A stretch of 64,000 bases of DNA, from NCBI GenBank assembly GCA_964234715.1, contig OZ174275.1. One strand, given 5' to 3'. The stretch comes from Podarcis melisellensis (taxonomy: Eukaryota). The notes under the pieces were generated by a model. It made no database searches. It was not told the origin of the DNA and saw nothing but the letters and a program-made list of their open reading frames with translations. The position numbers were made by a program, and so were the translations under genes. Below, in pieces: positions 53,574 through 64,000 of the stretch (its first letter is position 1; each line of letters begins with the position of its first letter).

Positions 53574-53712
53574 GATCATAGAATTGCAGAGTTGGAAGAG
53601 TCAGTGAGGGTCATTTAGTCCAGCCATCTACAATGCAGGAATCTTTGCCCAACATGGTGCTAGAGCCAAAAATATTGAGATAAAGTGTCACATGCTCTAC
53701 TAACTGAGCCAC
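53574..53712 (-). mobile_element. tRNA-Lys-derived SINE with a CR1-like tail, antisense in the 3'UTR
   Basis: Minus strand reads GGCTCAGTTAGTAGAGCATGTGAC...CATGTTGGGCAAAGA...CTCTTCCAACTCTGCAATTCTATGATC. Confidence 0.75.
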
Positions 53713-55747
53713 TCTGAACATGTTTGCCTTCCTGCAGACTTATACAGAGTATTATCCTTCGCCAAACAGGCATGAAGGATTTCCCATAGGTTTCAACAGA
53801 ATCATGTTTCTCCCTTTTGCTCTGTTCATACATGAACGTAACTTCGCAGGCTGGGTCAAAGGAGGAGTGGCTTTGTCTCCCGTTAAACCAGCCTGCGCAC
53901 CCATACTTCTTGTTCACCTTGAATTCTGGAGGTCATATAATTTAACTAAGTGGCCAGAGATGGGGTGGGGTAGGCTGTGTGGGAGAGCTGTGCTCATATC
54001 TTTCAATTCCCAACTAATTTGACACACTGAAGGGAGAGAGGAGAAACATCTCTGCTGATTCCTTGACATAAAGGCAGTGTGCTCTTGTAGGGAAGGAATC
54101 TACCCGTGGATTTTTATATGCTGATATTATACTTTTCATGGAATACATACATTTTGTAGAATTGAAGGCCCTACCCCATCTTTTGTGCACATGCTCATGT
54201 TAACATCAATGAGGTACCATGGGGATTGCTTACATACGTATTTCTATTCTTCCCCACATCACTTTATACTTGGCGGCTGTTCAGTGCACAATTAGAATGA
54301 GCAAACAAGGTACTGAGCTAGCAATGTGATTTCCAGACCCCTGTCTAGGGTAATGGTTTGAGCAACACTAATAAAAAAATACCCCATTGCTTTTATTTCA
54401 TTTTATAAACTAGGAAGACGTTCTCAAATTGAAATGGGGATAAATTCCGCATGTGTGCAGAGTTAAGATTTTTTGAATGGATATCAACAGAAAGAACACC
54501 TTTTACAAAACTGGGGGGGGAGGGAGGGATTTTTGTATGTTTTATAACTCAGGGAATTTCAATCTTACGATACTCCTTTCCCAACAATATAAAACAGGGA
54601 GAGGGAAGCAACTATTATATTGGAGGCCTGCATATTTTATCTTCTAGATAAATGCTATTACATAATTCTGTTGTTCTAACTGGTCAACTGACTGTCCACA
54701 AGTATTTCTATTTAATTATGAAGTCTACATATCCTTAGCTGCCATTTCATAGTTTGCTTAGCCAATATGAATCTAGGTTGCTAAACCGGGGGGGGGGGGG
54801 GAATGAACCCTGTAAGTGGTCACAATACTAACACACATTCCTTTTTTTAATAGACACTTCTTTCAACTTGCAAATGTTCTATATTTTCAACATGAATTTG
54901 CACACTATGCTTTTTCCTACTAGCCTGAGGCATGCCATCTTTCAATACTATGTTCCATTCCTCTCTTATTAGGATGCAGCTTCTACCAAGGGGCATGTAA
55001 AATCAATTGTAATCATCTCTGCAACCTAATCTCCCATCTCCAACTGTCCCTTCTGCCCAGACTTGTGATAGTAATCTAGACAGAATCAGGGACAGGAAAC
55101 AATTAAAAGTATCATTTGTAGGAAGTTATACGGAAGACCCTGACATTTCACCAACACTTCAAGCTCTTTCCAGCATGAGTGTGTGTAGTAAGAGCATGTG
55201 TGTGTTTTAGTGCTTTCCCTGCTTAGGCTCAAAACCTTTCCCTTTTTGTTTCAGTCATTCTTGGGCAGGTGAATGCTTAAGTAAGTAGCAGGTGAGAAAC
55301 AATTTCCACTTCATTTGCTTCTCTTGACTAATTTTGCACCCGCACTTTGGATGAAATGATTTCTTTGCTCAGGTCTCGCTTGCTAGTCTGCATAATTAAG
55401 AGGACCTTGCTTTTACCTCTTTGTAGATTCTTTATAAAAGGGATCTAAGATTTCAGAATGCTGATAATCTGCCTCACATTGTCGTCAAGGGAAATGAAGG
55501 ATGTTGAGCACTTTGCATTGGACCTTCTCTAGCATCCCATTCACTTGAAAAAAGGTGACCAGGTTGTAATTTTGTATTGCTCTTGGGTGGCTTGGCTTTG
55601 TTCTTTGGCTAGTACCATTTAAGGACTTCAGAAAATAATTAATGGCATAAGGTGACATCCAACATGAGTCATACTCAGAGCAGACCCATTGAAATTGAGT
55701 ACATTGATTTGCATGGGTCTGCTTTGACTATAACTAATGGGTGGGTA

Positions 55748-55926
55748 CACTTAGGCTCCCTTGCACCCTTGGCAAGGAGACACATCCCCCTCTTATCTTG
55801 CACCCTTGCAAGAGGATCCTGCACATGTCGCCTGGTCTCCCTGACCAGGGAAGAAGCAGCCTGGGGAGTGTGTGGACAGGCAGGTGGGCTCCTACTTAAC
55901 TTGACCAACCCCTAGATACACCCCTG
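55748..55926. mobile_element. hAT-like insertion with a perfect 8-bp TSD, at the end of a small palindromic MITE (55652-55747)
   Basis: GGTGGGTA at 55740-55747 and 55927-55934; right end ...ATACACCCCTG. Confidence 0.65.
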
Positions 55927-57983
55927 GGTGGGTATCTTCCTTAGATTTCAAGGAGAGCAGGCTGAGGTTTGGTCTTTGCTGGTGGCAATTCCATTGATGT
56001 TCTGCTTTCAGTGGATTTCCATAGGGCACAATCAGTAATTCATACTTGTATAAGTAAATCTATTGAGTGTGGGGAAGGATCCAAACTCTTGTGCCCTATT
56101 CCTATTTACTTTAACCCTCCTCTTCCCAAGAAACTGGAGTTTCTCCTCTTCTTCCCATAGCTCCTTGGCTCTCCTCCCCTCTCGTTTGTATCTCCTCTAA
56201 TCTTTTCTTCTACCAAATGTCTCCCCTGTACTTCTCTAGTTTCTCAAAGCAAAAAAACAAACAAAAAAAGCCCCCCCCCCTCTTCCTGCCCAGACATGAC
56301 CCTGGGCCTGGAGCTCCTTCTATCTTTCTCTTGCTCATCATTGTGATACCTGTTATCTTGTAGCTACTAACATTTTTTCAAGCAGCCACTCTAGCCATGT
56401 AACTCCATCTCTAATGCTCTTCTTTTCTCTACATGGAGAGAGAACTTTATGATGTCTGGGCAGAGGTTCATTGAGCTATGTAATGGGCTGGGCTGGGCAG
56501 AGGTTCATTGAGATATGTAATGTAATGGAGGTATGAAATATGTAATGATATGTAATATGTAATGGAGGTATGAAGCAATGAAACGGAATGATGACAGTCC
56601 TCCAGTGTTACTGGTCAACATTTGTCACAATTAATCGTACTGTTTTCCATTTATTGTCCACACAACTTCAGTGGGGTAGCATTTTATGTCACTAATTTGG
56701 GTTAAAATGGCTTGAGTTCGGCATAATACATGTGTAGTTATCTAGTCACCAGTATTACATTCGTTCTGATTATGTGACTAAGCCAAGCTCTTAGCCAGAC
56801 CAAGCATTGTGTTGCTGCAAGTTTGCCTAATATGCACTGAATGGCATCACACACTTGCTTGGATGTTGGGTTTTTAACACAAGTCAACCTACCTACATTT
56901 CAGCTGACTAAAAGCAGCCTCTAAGCCACCCAACACTCTCTCAGTTGTCTTGGAACAGCCTTAACCAGCAGATAAAGAGAATTCATTATCCAACCCAGTC
57001 TTTGCTGGGTTTATTACAGTATTTCCTAAAAGGCAAAAAGCAAATATGTGCACATAGGACCTCTACATATTCAGGGATTCCCATTCCATTAACTGGAGGG
57101 ATCTGATTTATTCCTTCAAAACTGATCTATTGCTGGAACAAGAAGATTATTTGAAATTAAGTTCCTTTTCAGTCAGTGGCACACAGATCCCTTAACTATT
57201 GTCTTTAAAACCAGGGTTTGTGCACATTTATTCAAGACATGGACACAATTTAATACTGTGAGTCTTTCACATTAACAGTATTTTGTACATAACACATAAT
57301 GCTTCACAGGGATTTTTTCATTGATTTTCTACAGCTTTGAAAGCTTATTTGCAAATCTTGATTACCAGTTGATATTTTTCAGTCAGTGCTGTAGATTCCA
57401 ACATTCCATTTTTTAACTTCTTCCAAGCTTCTTCTTCAAGCTTCCTTTTGAATACTGCAACAACAAAAATCCCCTTCTTTCCTGTCCTTCCTAGTGTGAA
57501 CTGTAATTTATGGAATGCATGAGGAAAATATGTATTTCTACTTCTAAATACATCTTCAATTCTAATGTAGGCATTTATTCATACCTTTTGTCCAGCAGCC
57601 ACAAACTACAGTGTAGACTGAATTAACAAATTTAGTATCTGTAATTTGCAGACATACTGATATTTTCTTATACTGTTTACAGACATACCAATATTTTGTT
57701 ATACAACCTTATAAGACAGAGAGAGAAAGCTACAATATTTACAGGGAATCCATATTAAAGGGGAAATGGAAAATTTTCTTATAACATATATAGATTAATA
57801 AAAATTATCTGTGTTATATTAAACTAACGTAACCCTGTAAACTTTATTTATAACCTCTAAGCAAAGCACAAATAGGAAATAAAGGTGTCTTTAAATGCTG
57901 CAGTTCATTATGGAACACTATGTTGTTATAATAATCTTAAGATTGATCAGATGAACAAATGATTGATCTGTTATTTTTGATAC

Positions 57984-58080
57984 TTACAGTGTAATCCTAT
58001 GCATGTTTACTCGGACAAAAGACCCACTGTGTTAAACAGTGCTTACTCCCTAGTAAGTGTGTTTAGAATCACAGCCTTAA
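57984..58080. repeat. Short imperfect-palindrome repeat family (related copies at about 17025, 28198, 32113, 58625, 61168)
   Basis: Shared aatcctat.catgt.tactc.ga..taag.ccca.tg..ttcaa..gg.acttact...gt..ataggattgc pattern. Confidence 0.6.
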
Positions 58081-61000
58081 CCTGGTGTCTTTACCAGGAG
58101 AATTAGGAAGGGTCTCCATCCTGCAATATACAAAGCGTCTGATCCAGAATAATTTATTCACCAGTATATTTTGTCCCCTAACCCTTCTCCTTACTGCATT
58201 TTCCTGTAGTCCCCAATGTTTCCAATGGAATCAATTACAAAGTCTGTGTACTTTAGGATTGCAGCTTCTGAAGAAGTCCCTGATCCAGCTGTAGTCATGG
58301 GCCATCAGGCATAAGAACTGGTGTCCTGTAATTGGCATCAAGTGATGCATCCAGCTAGTTCAAAGTGGCTTGGGTGAGAATCATAACGTGGAAGGAGATG
58401 AGCATCTGTATTTATTTATGTGCACAGACGACGTTTGCTGGATTGGCCAGAAGCCTTCAGAGACCAGGCCTGCAGTTCCTCCACAGTCTTTTCTAGACTG
58501 GCTAAAGTAACAGGCTTTGTCAGTTCACTCAAAGCCAGATCACAAGTTTTGCTGCTCGACAAATACTGTACAAGAAAGGAGGCGGCAGCAAAGCCAATAA
58601 GGGGTCATAGTTATTTAATGAATAACAGCCAAAACTTAGCCATGTGTACTCAGAAGTGAGTCCTGTTGAATTCAAGGGGGGTTATTCCCGGGTATGTGGG
58701 TTCTTATGCAGGGGGAAGGGAACAGAAGACAGGCAAATGGCCACATTCAATGGCCTGCTGAGCTCTTGCTGGTGTAGTCAGAAGTGAGGTTGGAATGGAT
58801 CTTTTGTTTTTCCTTGTCTTCTTCCTGACCAAGAATTTATTTTAGGCTAGGACACAAAGGTTTCCACAGGGAGAGTATCAACGAAGTTGGATCTTCCTCT
58901 GGAGGGCAGAGCTTTGCCCTTATAGTGTGGAATTGAATCGGTTTTATGGCCATGGAACACCTCAGTGATCATAGGGTTGCAGGGTCTGTCACGTAAAATG
59001 ATATTTATACAAGTTCAGACAACGTAAGGAACTGCAGAACTGTGTTTCATGTCTTTGCCTTTGTACAAAAGGACCAAACAACATTCTTATGGGACCATGT
59101 CAATCGACTTGCACATATAGAAATACCTCCTGATTTTTAAGACATTTATAAGAAAGCAAGCGGTATATTTTTCACCAGGATGAATGAGATCTGTTTTTCT
59201 TTTATTTCCTTAGCAGTTAATTATAAAGTATCTCTAGCCCTATGGCCTTGCTATTACCCAAGCACATTGAATGAGCAAATAAGAGTTATTAAAACCTGAG
59301 GAACAGCTTAAATACAATGTAGATGTTGTCTCTTGGCACACCAACTGCACAGCACACACAGCAGAGGATATGCACTGAAACCATCAACGATCCATGAAAC
59401 AGGTATATTTAACTAGAGAAACCTGTTGTACATGCCTTGCGTTTGGGTGAGCAAACTGTACAGTAGATCTAGAATGTTGTCAATGTAAACTTATTTTGTA
59501 ATCCTCTTCTATTTTAAAAGCAGAGTTTTCAAATACTCTCGTAATTAGAGCCAAATGTGTTCTAGTGGTAAGATAAAAGTACTAATAATAGCTGTCAAAG
59601 CATGACACTCTTAAGAATACCAGTCTTGGTGCGTTGTGTTCCGCATGAAGAACAGTGCCTCTCCGCACTTTGTGTAGATAATGTAGCTTATCTTTGTGTA
59701 ATTTCAGTGAAATTGTGTATACAGTATTAATAGTTGCCATTTGGTTTTTAATTTAACATCAGTTATGCTGGAGTAGAAACTTTATAATATGTTCTGAAAA
59801 GAATTTGGGTTGGGTTGGCTGCTTGTCAGTATTTCCATCCCCAGGTATTTATCAGAATAATCTCCATAGGCAGATAACTGGTTTTATATGTTGATAATAT
59901 AAACACGTTGGTGCATGTCAAAGTCTGAATAATTGTTGGAACCTTTTATTGCAGCCGACTCATTGTACATATGTTAGTCTTTGTTTTTATATATCTAACC
60001 AGCAGCATGCGAGTGTGTGTGTATGTTTGTAAATCCCTGGCACTTAGTGAATGTGACTGGCCGTCTCATTTTGCTGCACTGTGAATGCAATATCACTGCT
60101 ACATTAAAGAATTAATGTAGGCATATTATTCTAAGTTTATAATATTAATATATTTTCGTCTGTATACCTGATATGTTGGAAACGTAGAGACATGATTATT
60201 AGTAAGTTGCTGCATCAGTTAGCTCATTGGTCAGAAGTAAAAACAAACCTTGCTGTACTCTTTACTTTGGATGCCATGCTTACCGTTTGCAATTGCAATG
60301 TCTGTTTCTGCTTTGCAACATGGACTCCTGCTGTCATCCAACAACATTTCAAGATTCCTCTGATGTTCATTTGCTTTCAGTGAACGACAACAGTATCCAC
60401 TGAAGAATCTGCATAACCTGAGCCTGTCATTCTGCTTTAAATCAAGGCACAGACATGCCTGTTAACTATAGACACTGGACTGTTTCCAGCTAAGTTTACT
60501 CAGAATAGACACACTGAAATTAATGGACCCAAATTGGCCAAATCCATTAATTTCAATGGATCTACTCTGGGTTTATCTAATGCTGGATGCAAGCCTATCA
60601 TTATCATTCTTAAGATTTGTGTTACACCAGCTAGCCAGAAGCACAGAGACAAATACTGCTTCCATTTTTCAAAAGTAAGCATATGAAAAATTATAACAAA
60701 TCCCATTCATGTCAGTTTTGGAAACAAACAACTGTGTTTTTGAGGTGTGCTTTACCTGTTGTGTTTATGTGCAGTTGTATCTCGGAATTTCCATGCACCA
60801 GTAATCATACTTTTTATATATTAAGAATTTGAATGTCTCTGATAATAAAGAAGCTCTCTGAAAAAGAGCTACTAGTGGAAAGGCTGGCAGGATTCACTGT
60901 TGCTTTCACTCAATAAATGTAGCACCTTTACTGTGGCATATTCCATGGGATAAAATATCCCATACGGAAGCTAGTTGTCATCTGCCTTAAAAGTACTCTA

Positions 61001-61748
61001 TAACTATTCCTTTTTTCGATTCCGGCTTACCTATTGTGAATTGCCTTTAGCAATTGCTGAAGTGGCAAATCACTCTGAGCCTGATGACCGCAAGTGTGTG
61101 AGACAACAAAGGGGAAAGCCACAAAATCTCAAGATCTGTGCATGTGTTCTTTTTCATATGCAACTATGGGTGAAATCCTATACACATTCATGTGGGGGTA
61201 AGTTACATTAAACTCAATGGAACTTACTTCCAAGTAGATATGTATAGGACTGTGCTGTTTAGGGAAATTATTGCGCTCAGGGCCTTTGAGATCATGGCCA
61301 TTGTGTATATGATCAATTTGCAGTTCTTCCCTTGAAATGTGATGTGATCCATTTAGAATACATCCAAAAGAAACCATAAGCCTGGTCTTTGACATTGATT
61401 GGAAGTGTTCATCTGGGAATCGAAATGATGTACTTGTACAGTTCCTGTACCACATTTTGTGTAAAGACTAATGAATGCAGATGCGAAAACTTTCTATTAA
61501 CTCTGGTTATTTTCTTGTATATTGTAATGGGAATGCCTCATTTACTGAGTATATTTTTTTTGTAGTTTATAGTTCTAATTCTCCTAATCTTTATCTATAC
61601 CTCCTTTAGTAACTACAGTATTTGCTTTTAATACTTTCTTACTGTGTGAACTGATTTCTGTAACTTATGTATAAAACAAAACTGGACATTCTTTATATAC
61701 TGGAAATAATCAGCGAAGACAATATTTCACTAAGTGTTGTACTTTTTA

Positions 61749-61860
61749 TGTACATATCATCAATAAATGTGGATTCATAATTTTAACGGTTAGAGCGAGT
61801 GTCAATTATTACTTTTCAACTCTGAAAAGAATATGTGATGTGTTTGTGCAAAGTATTTTA
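61749..61860 (+). terminator. Distal polyadenylation cassette (GLT-1a)
   Basis: TGTA at 61749, AATAAA at 61762-61767, U-rich upstream sequence and a GU-rich tract (atgtgatgtgtttgtg) at about 61833-61848. Confidence 0.65.
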
Positions 61861-64000
61861 TTCCCCAACACCATTTCTACTTAGTATATGTAAATCTCTA
61901 TTTTAAATTACTTATACCTGGGGAGCTTTTTGAGTATGACTCAGCTAAGGAAGTCTGTCCTTTTCTGGCAAAGAGGTCTGAAACCATACGTCTGACACAA
62001 CCAAGCTTGCCATGTTACTTAAATTTTGTGGTTTCGATATGCCATAGTTGATCAGAGAATAAATAATCTAAAATCAAAGGTTTCCAGTTGTCCCAGTGCA
62101 ACGTGCTTTCTGGGCCAACGCTGTCCATGCACCACAGACTGTTACATCAAAGCAGGTGAACCAATGGCAGCTGAAGGACATTGCACTTGGGTAGCAGACT
62201 TGTCTCTTAAGCAGCTAATTATGTCCAACACAGAAGCGGAAAACCAAATTTTAAACTCCTAAGCAGTGATGCTTCAGTCAGGGAGTTGGTGAACAAAAAA
62301 GGGCTGGAAAACTACTTTTATTATTTTATTCATGTCAGGACCAGGGATATTGGGTGTTTTTGTTTAAAGGATATATCATCTGGCTTCAACTTAGAAAACA
62401 ATGGAGATTATTTTCTGTAGAAGAAAACTGCCAAGCTTCAGTAAGTGTTTATAACTTTTGGAGACCACCAGTGTCCCTGATACAAATGGGAGGGGGGGGG
62501 GAGAGAGCAATGAAATAAATAAGCCACAGCTGTTTGAATATGCTCGCTAGAAGAAAATCCTCTGCCAGTGACTCAAGGACATCTAAAAGACGTCTGCTGA
62601 CACCACTGTGCCTTGGAAAGGGAGTGAATGAATGACATTCTAATTGTTCCCACATGACACTAAAACAGTAAAAATGGTTCTCTCCACGTGGAAAGAATCC
62701 ACAGGAGTGGGGGGTTTTAAAAGGTGGGTTCAAAAAGAGGGTATGCTGCCAGGAATCCATAGCATTTCTGACTGTAAAGAAAACTAGGATTTTGCAGTGG
62801 CAATGGTGAATAAAATAAGAAACAATTCGTAGTGTTATTATCTGACAAGGTGCAAACATGTTTAAACAGCCAGAGCAAGGTGGAGGGCTGATGTTCGTCT
62901 ACACAGTGTAGTGTGATCCAGATTAACAATGTGGTACAGATGTCAATGCTTACCCCGAGCTGTAGCATTGATGCATGGAACACTCCTTCCACAAACAGGC
63001 CTACATTTCTGCATTGGTATGATAATGTGCATGGTGTTAATTAGGAAATAATTAGGAGTTTTTAGTTTTTTAAAAAAATATGTCTCTTAAGAAAATTGGA
63101 CATAAGAAGAACAAGGAACTGTGGTGATATATTTGCAACTATTTACTGTTATTCGGCTTCATAATATTTGTGTTTGATTTTCTCAGAGATTTTTATGTTA
63201 GTTTCTTCTTAGTCCTACAGGTGAGTTGTATTTCTCATAGCATTTGTCATGTGTAACCAACAGGCCATTTATAGCTTTCTACTGGAAAGGAAGCGATCAT
63301 TTGCTATTCATCTCTGTGGCATATGGAGACTGCTGTGGTTATTTTTATGTGCCCGGTGCAGTCAAATGAAGTGTCTGAAGGAAAGGTTAAAACCCCTCTC
63401 CAACATCATGTTGCAAATATGATTCAGGTAATATGAGACGAATGGACTGTGTGCATGCTAGTTTCCTAAGAAGGAACATATTCTCAGCAGAGTGCCACCA
63501 CCACCATAGTGATGCTTTGCACAAAAGCAACTTATTGCCCACACATGGCCTGCTAGGATGGGAAATGTGTATGCAAAGGAATGCTGTACATGTGTGGTTC
63601 TTGGACCTCTGAATGGTTCTTGGAGCTACCAGTAGCAGACAGTGTGTTGCAGCAATGGCACTCACCTGACCTCTGATCAGCCACATTGCTGCTGCTTTCA
63701 GGAAAGGAGAGTTAAGTGTGGTGCAAATGTACCAGCAGAGCCAATCTCGCACCTCTGCTAGTGTGTCTGCACTGCACCAGCCTCCCCTTCTTCCTAGTAA
63801 GCAGCTGTGATACAACTTGTGAGTGCCATCACCCCACCCAACCATCTAACTAGGAGTTACATGTGCTGTTTCTGACATTAGGCTGGCAGCCATGCATGGA
63901 ACTCCAAAATGGAAAGAGTTATTTGAAGTAGACACAACACCCAGACATATACGGCTTCGATTCAGACCCCCAATTCATTGGAAACATACAAAGGATCCCA

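Larger units (their letters stand above)
52118..61790 (+). other. SLC1A2: Long (~9.7 kb) 3'UTR of the GLT-1a isoform
   Basis: AT-rich with no credible ORFs; ends at a well-formed poly(A) cassette. The length is similar to the very long mammalian SLC1A2 3'UTR. Confidence 0.7.

Noticed and set aside
61081-61120. CTGATGA...GAAA as a hammerhead ribozyme in the 3'UTR
   Set aside because: No convincing stem II or flanking stems I/III by eye; it would need an Infernal hit.
61900-64000. 3' end of a convergent neighbour (CD44 is adjacent in mammals)
   Set aside because: No recognisable coding exons; minus-strand AATAAA motifs alone are insufficient.

Overview
Vertebrate genomic DNA, most likely from a lacertid lizard (inferred from a Podarcis-type Sauria SINE, Squam3-like SINEs and an L2/MITE-rich background). 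The window holds exons 2-11 of SLC1A2 (EAAT2/GLT-1, glial high-affinity glutamate transporter) on the + strand. All introns are GT-AG with consistent phases, giving 573 aa if the usual 17-nt MASTEG exon 1 lies upstream; exon 1 and the promoter are not in the window. The most interesting region is the 3' end, where three alternative C-termini are present in order: (b) read-through of the weak exon-10 donor, giving ...[12 protein letters not shown] (GLT-1b); (c) a 36-nt terminal exon at 51167-51202, too short for the ORF track, encoding FVHHVEYQSCL* (apparent orthologue of mammalian GLT-1c); (a) canonical exon 11 followed by a ~9.7 kb 3'UTR. Each has its own candidate poly(A) signal. The rest is intronic or UTR sequence with L2, L1, CR1, Penelope, SINE and Tc1/mariner or hAT MITE insertions, several strong hairpins and an old 261-bp tandem duplication. 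No wholly new biological system can be supported. Comparisons with mammalian sequences and repeat consensus sequences are from memory and need alignment.
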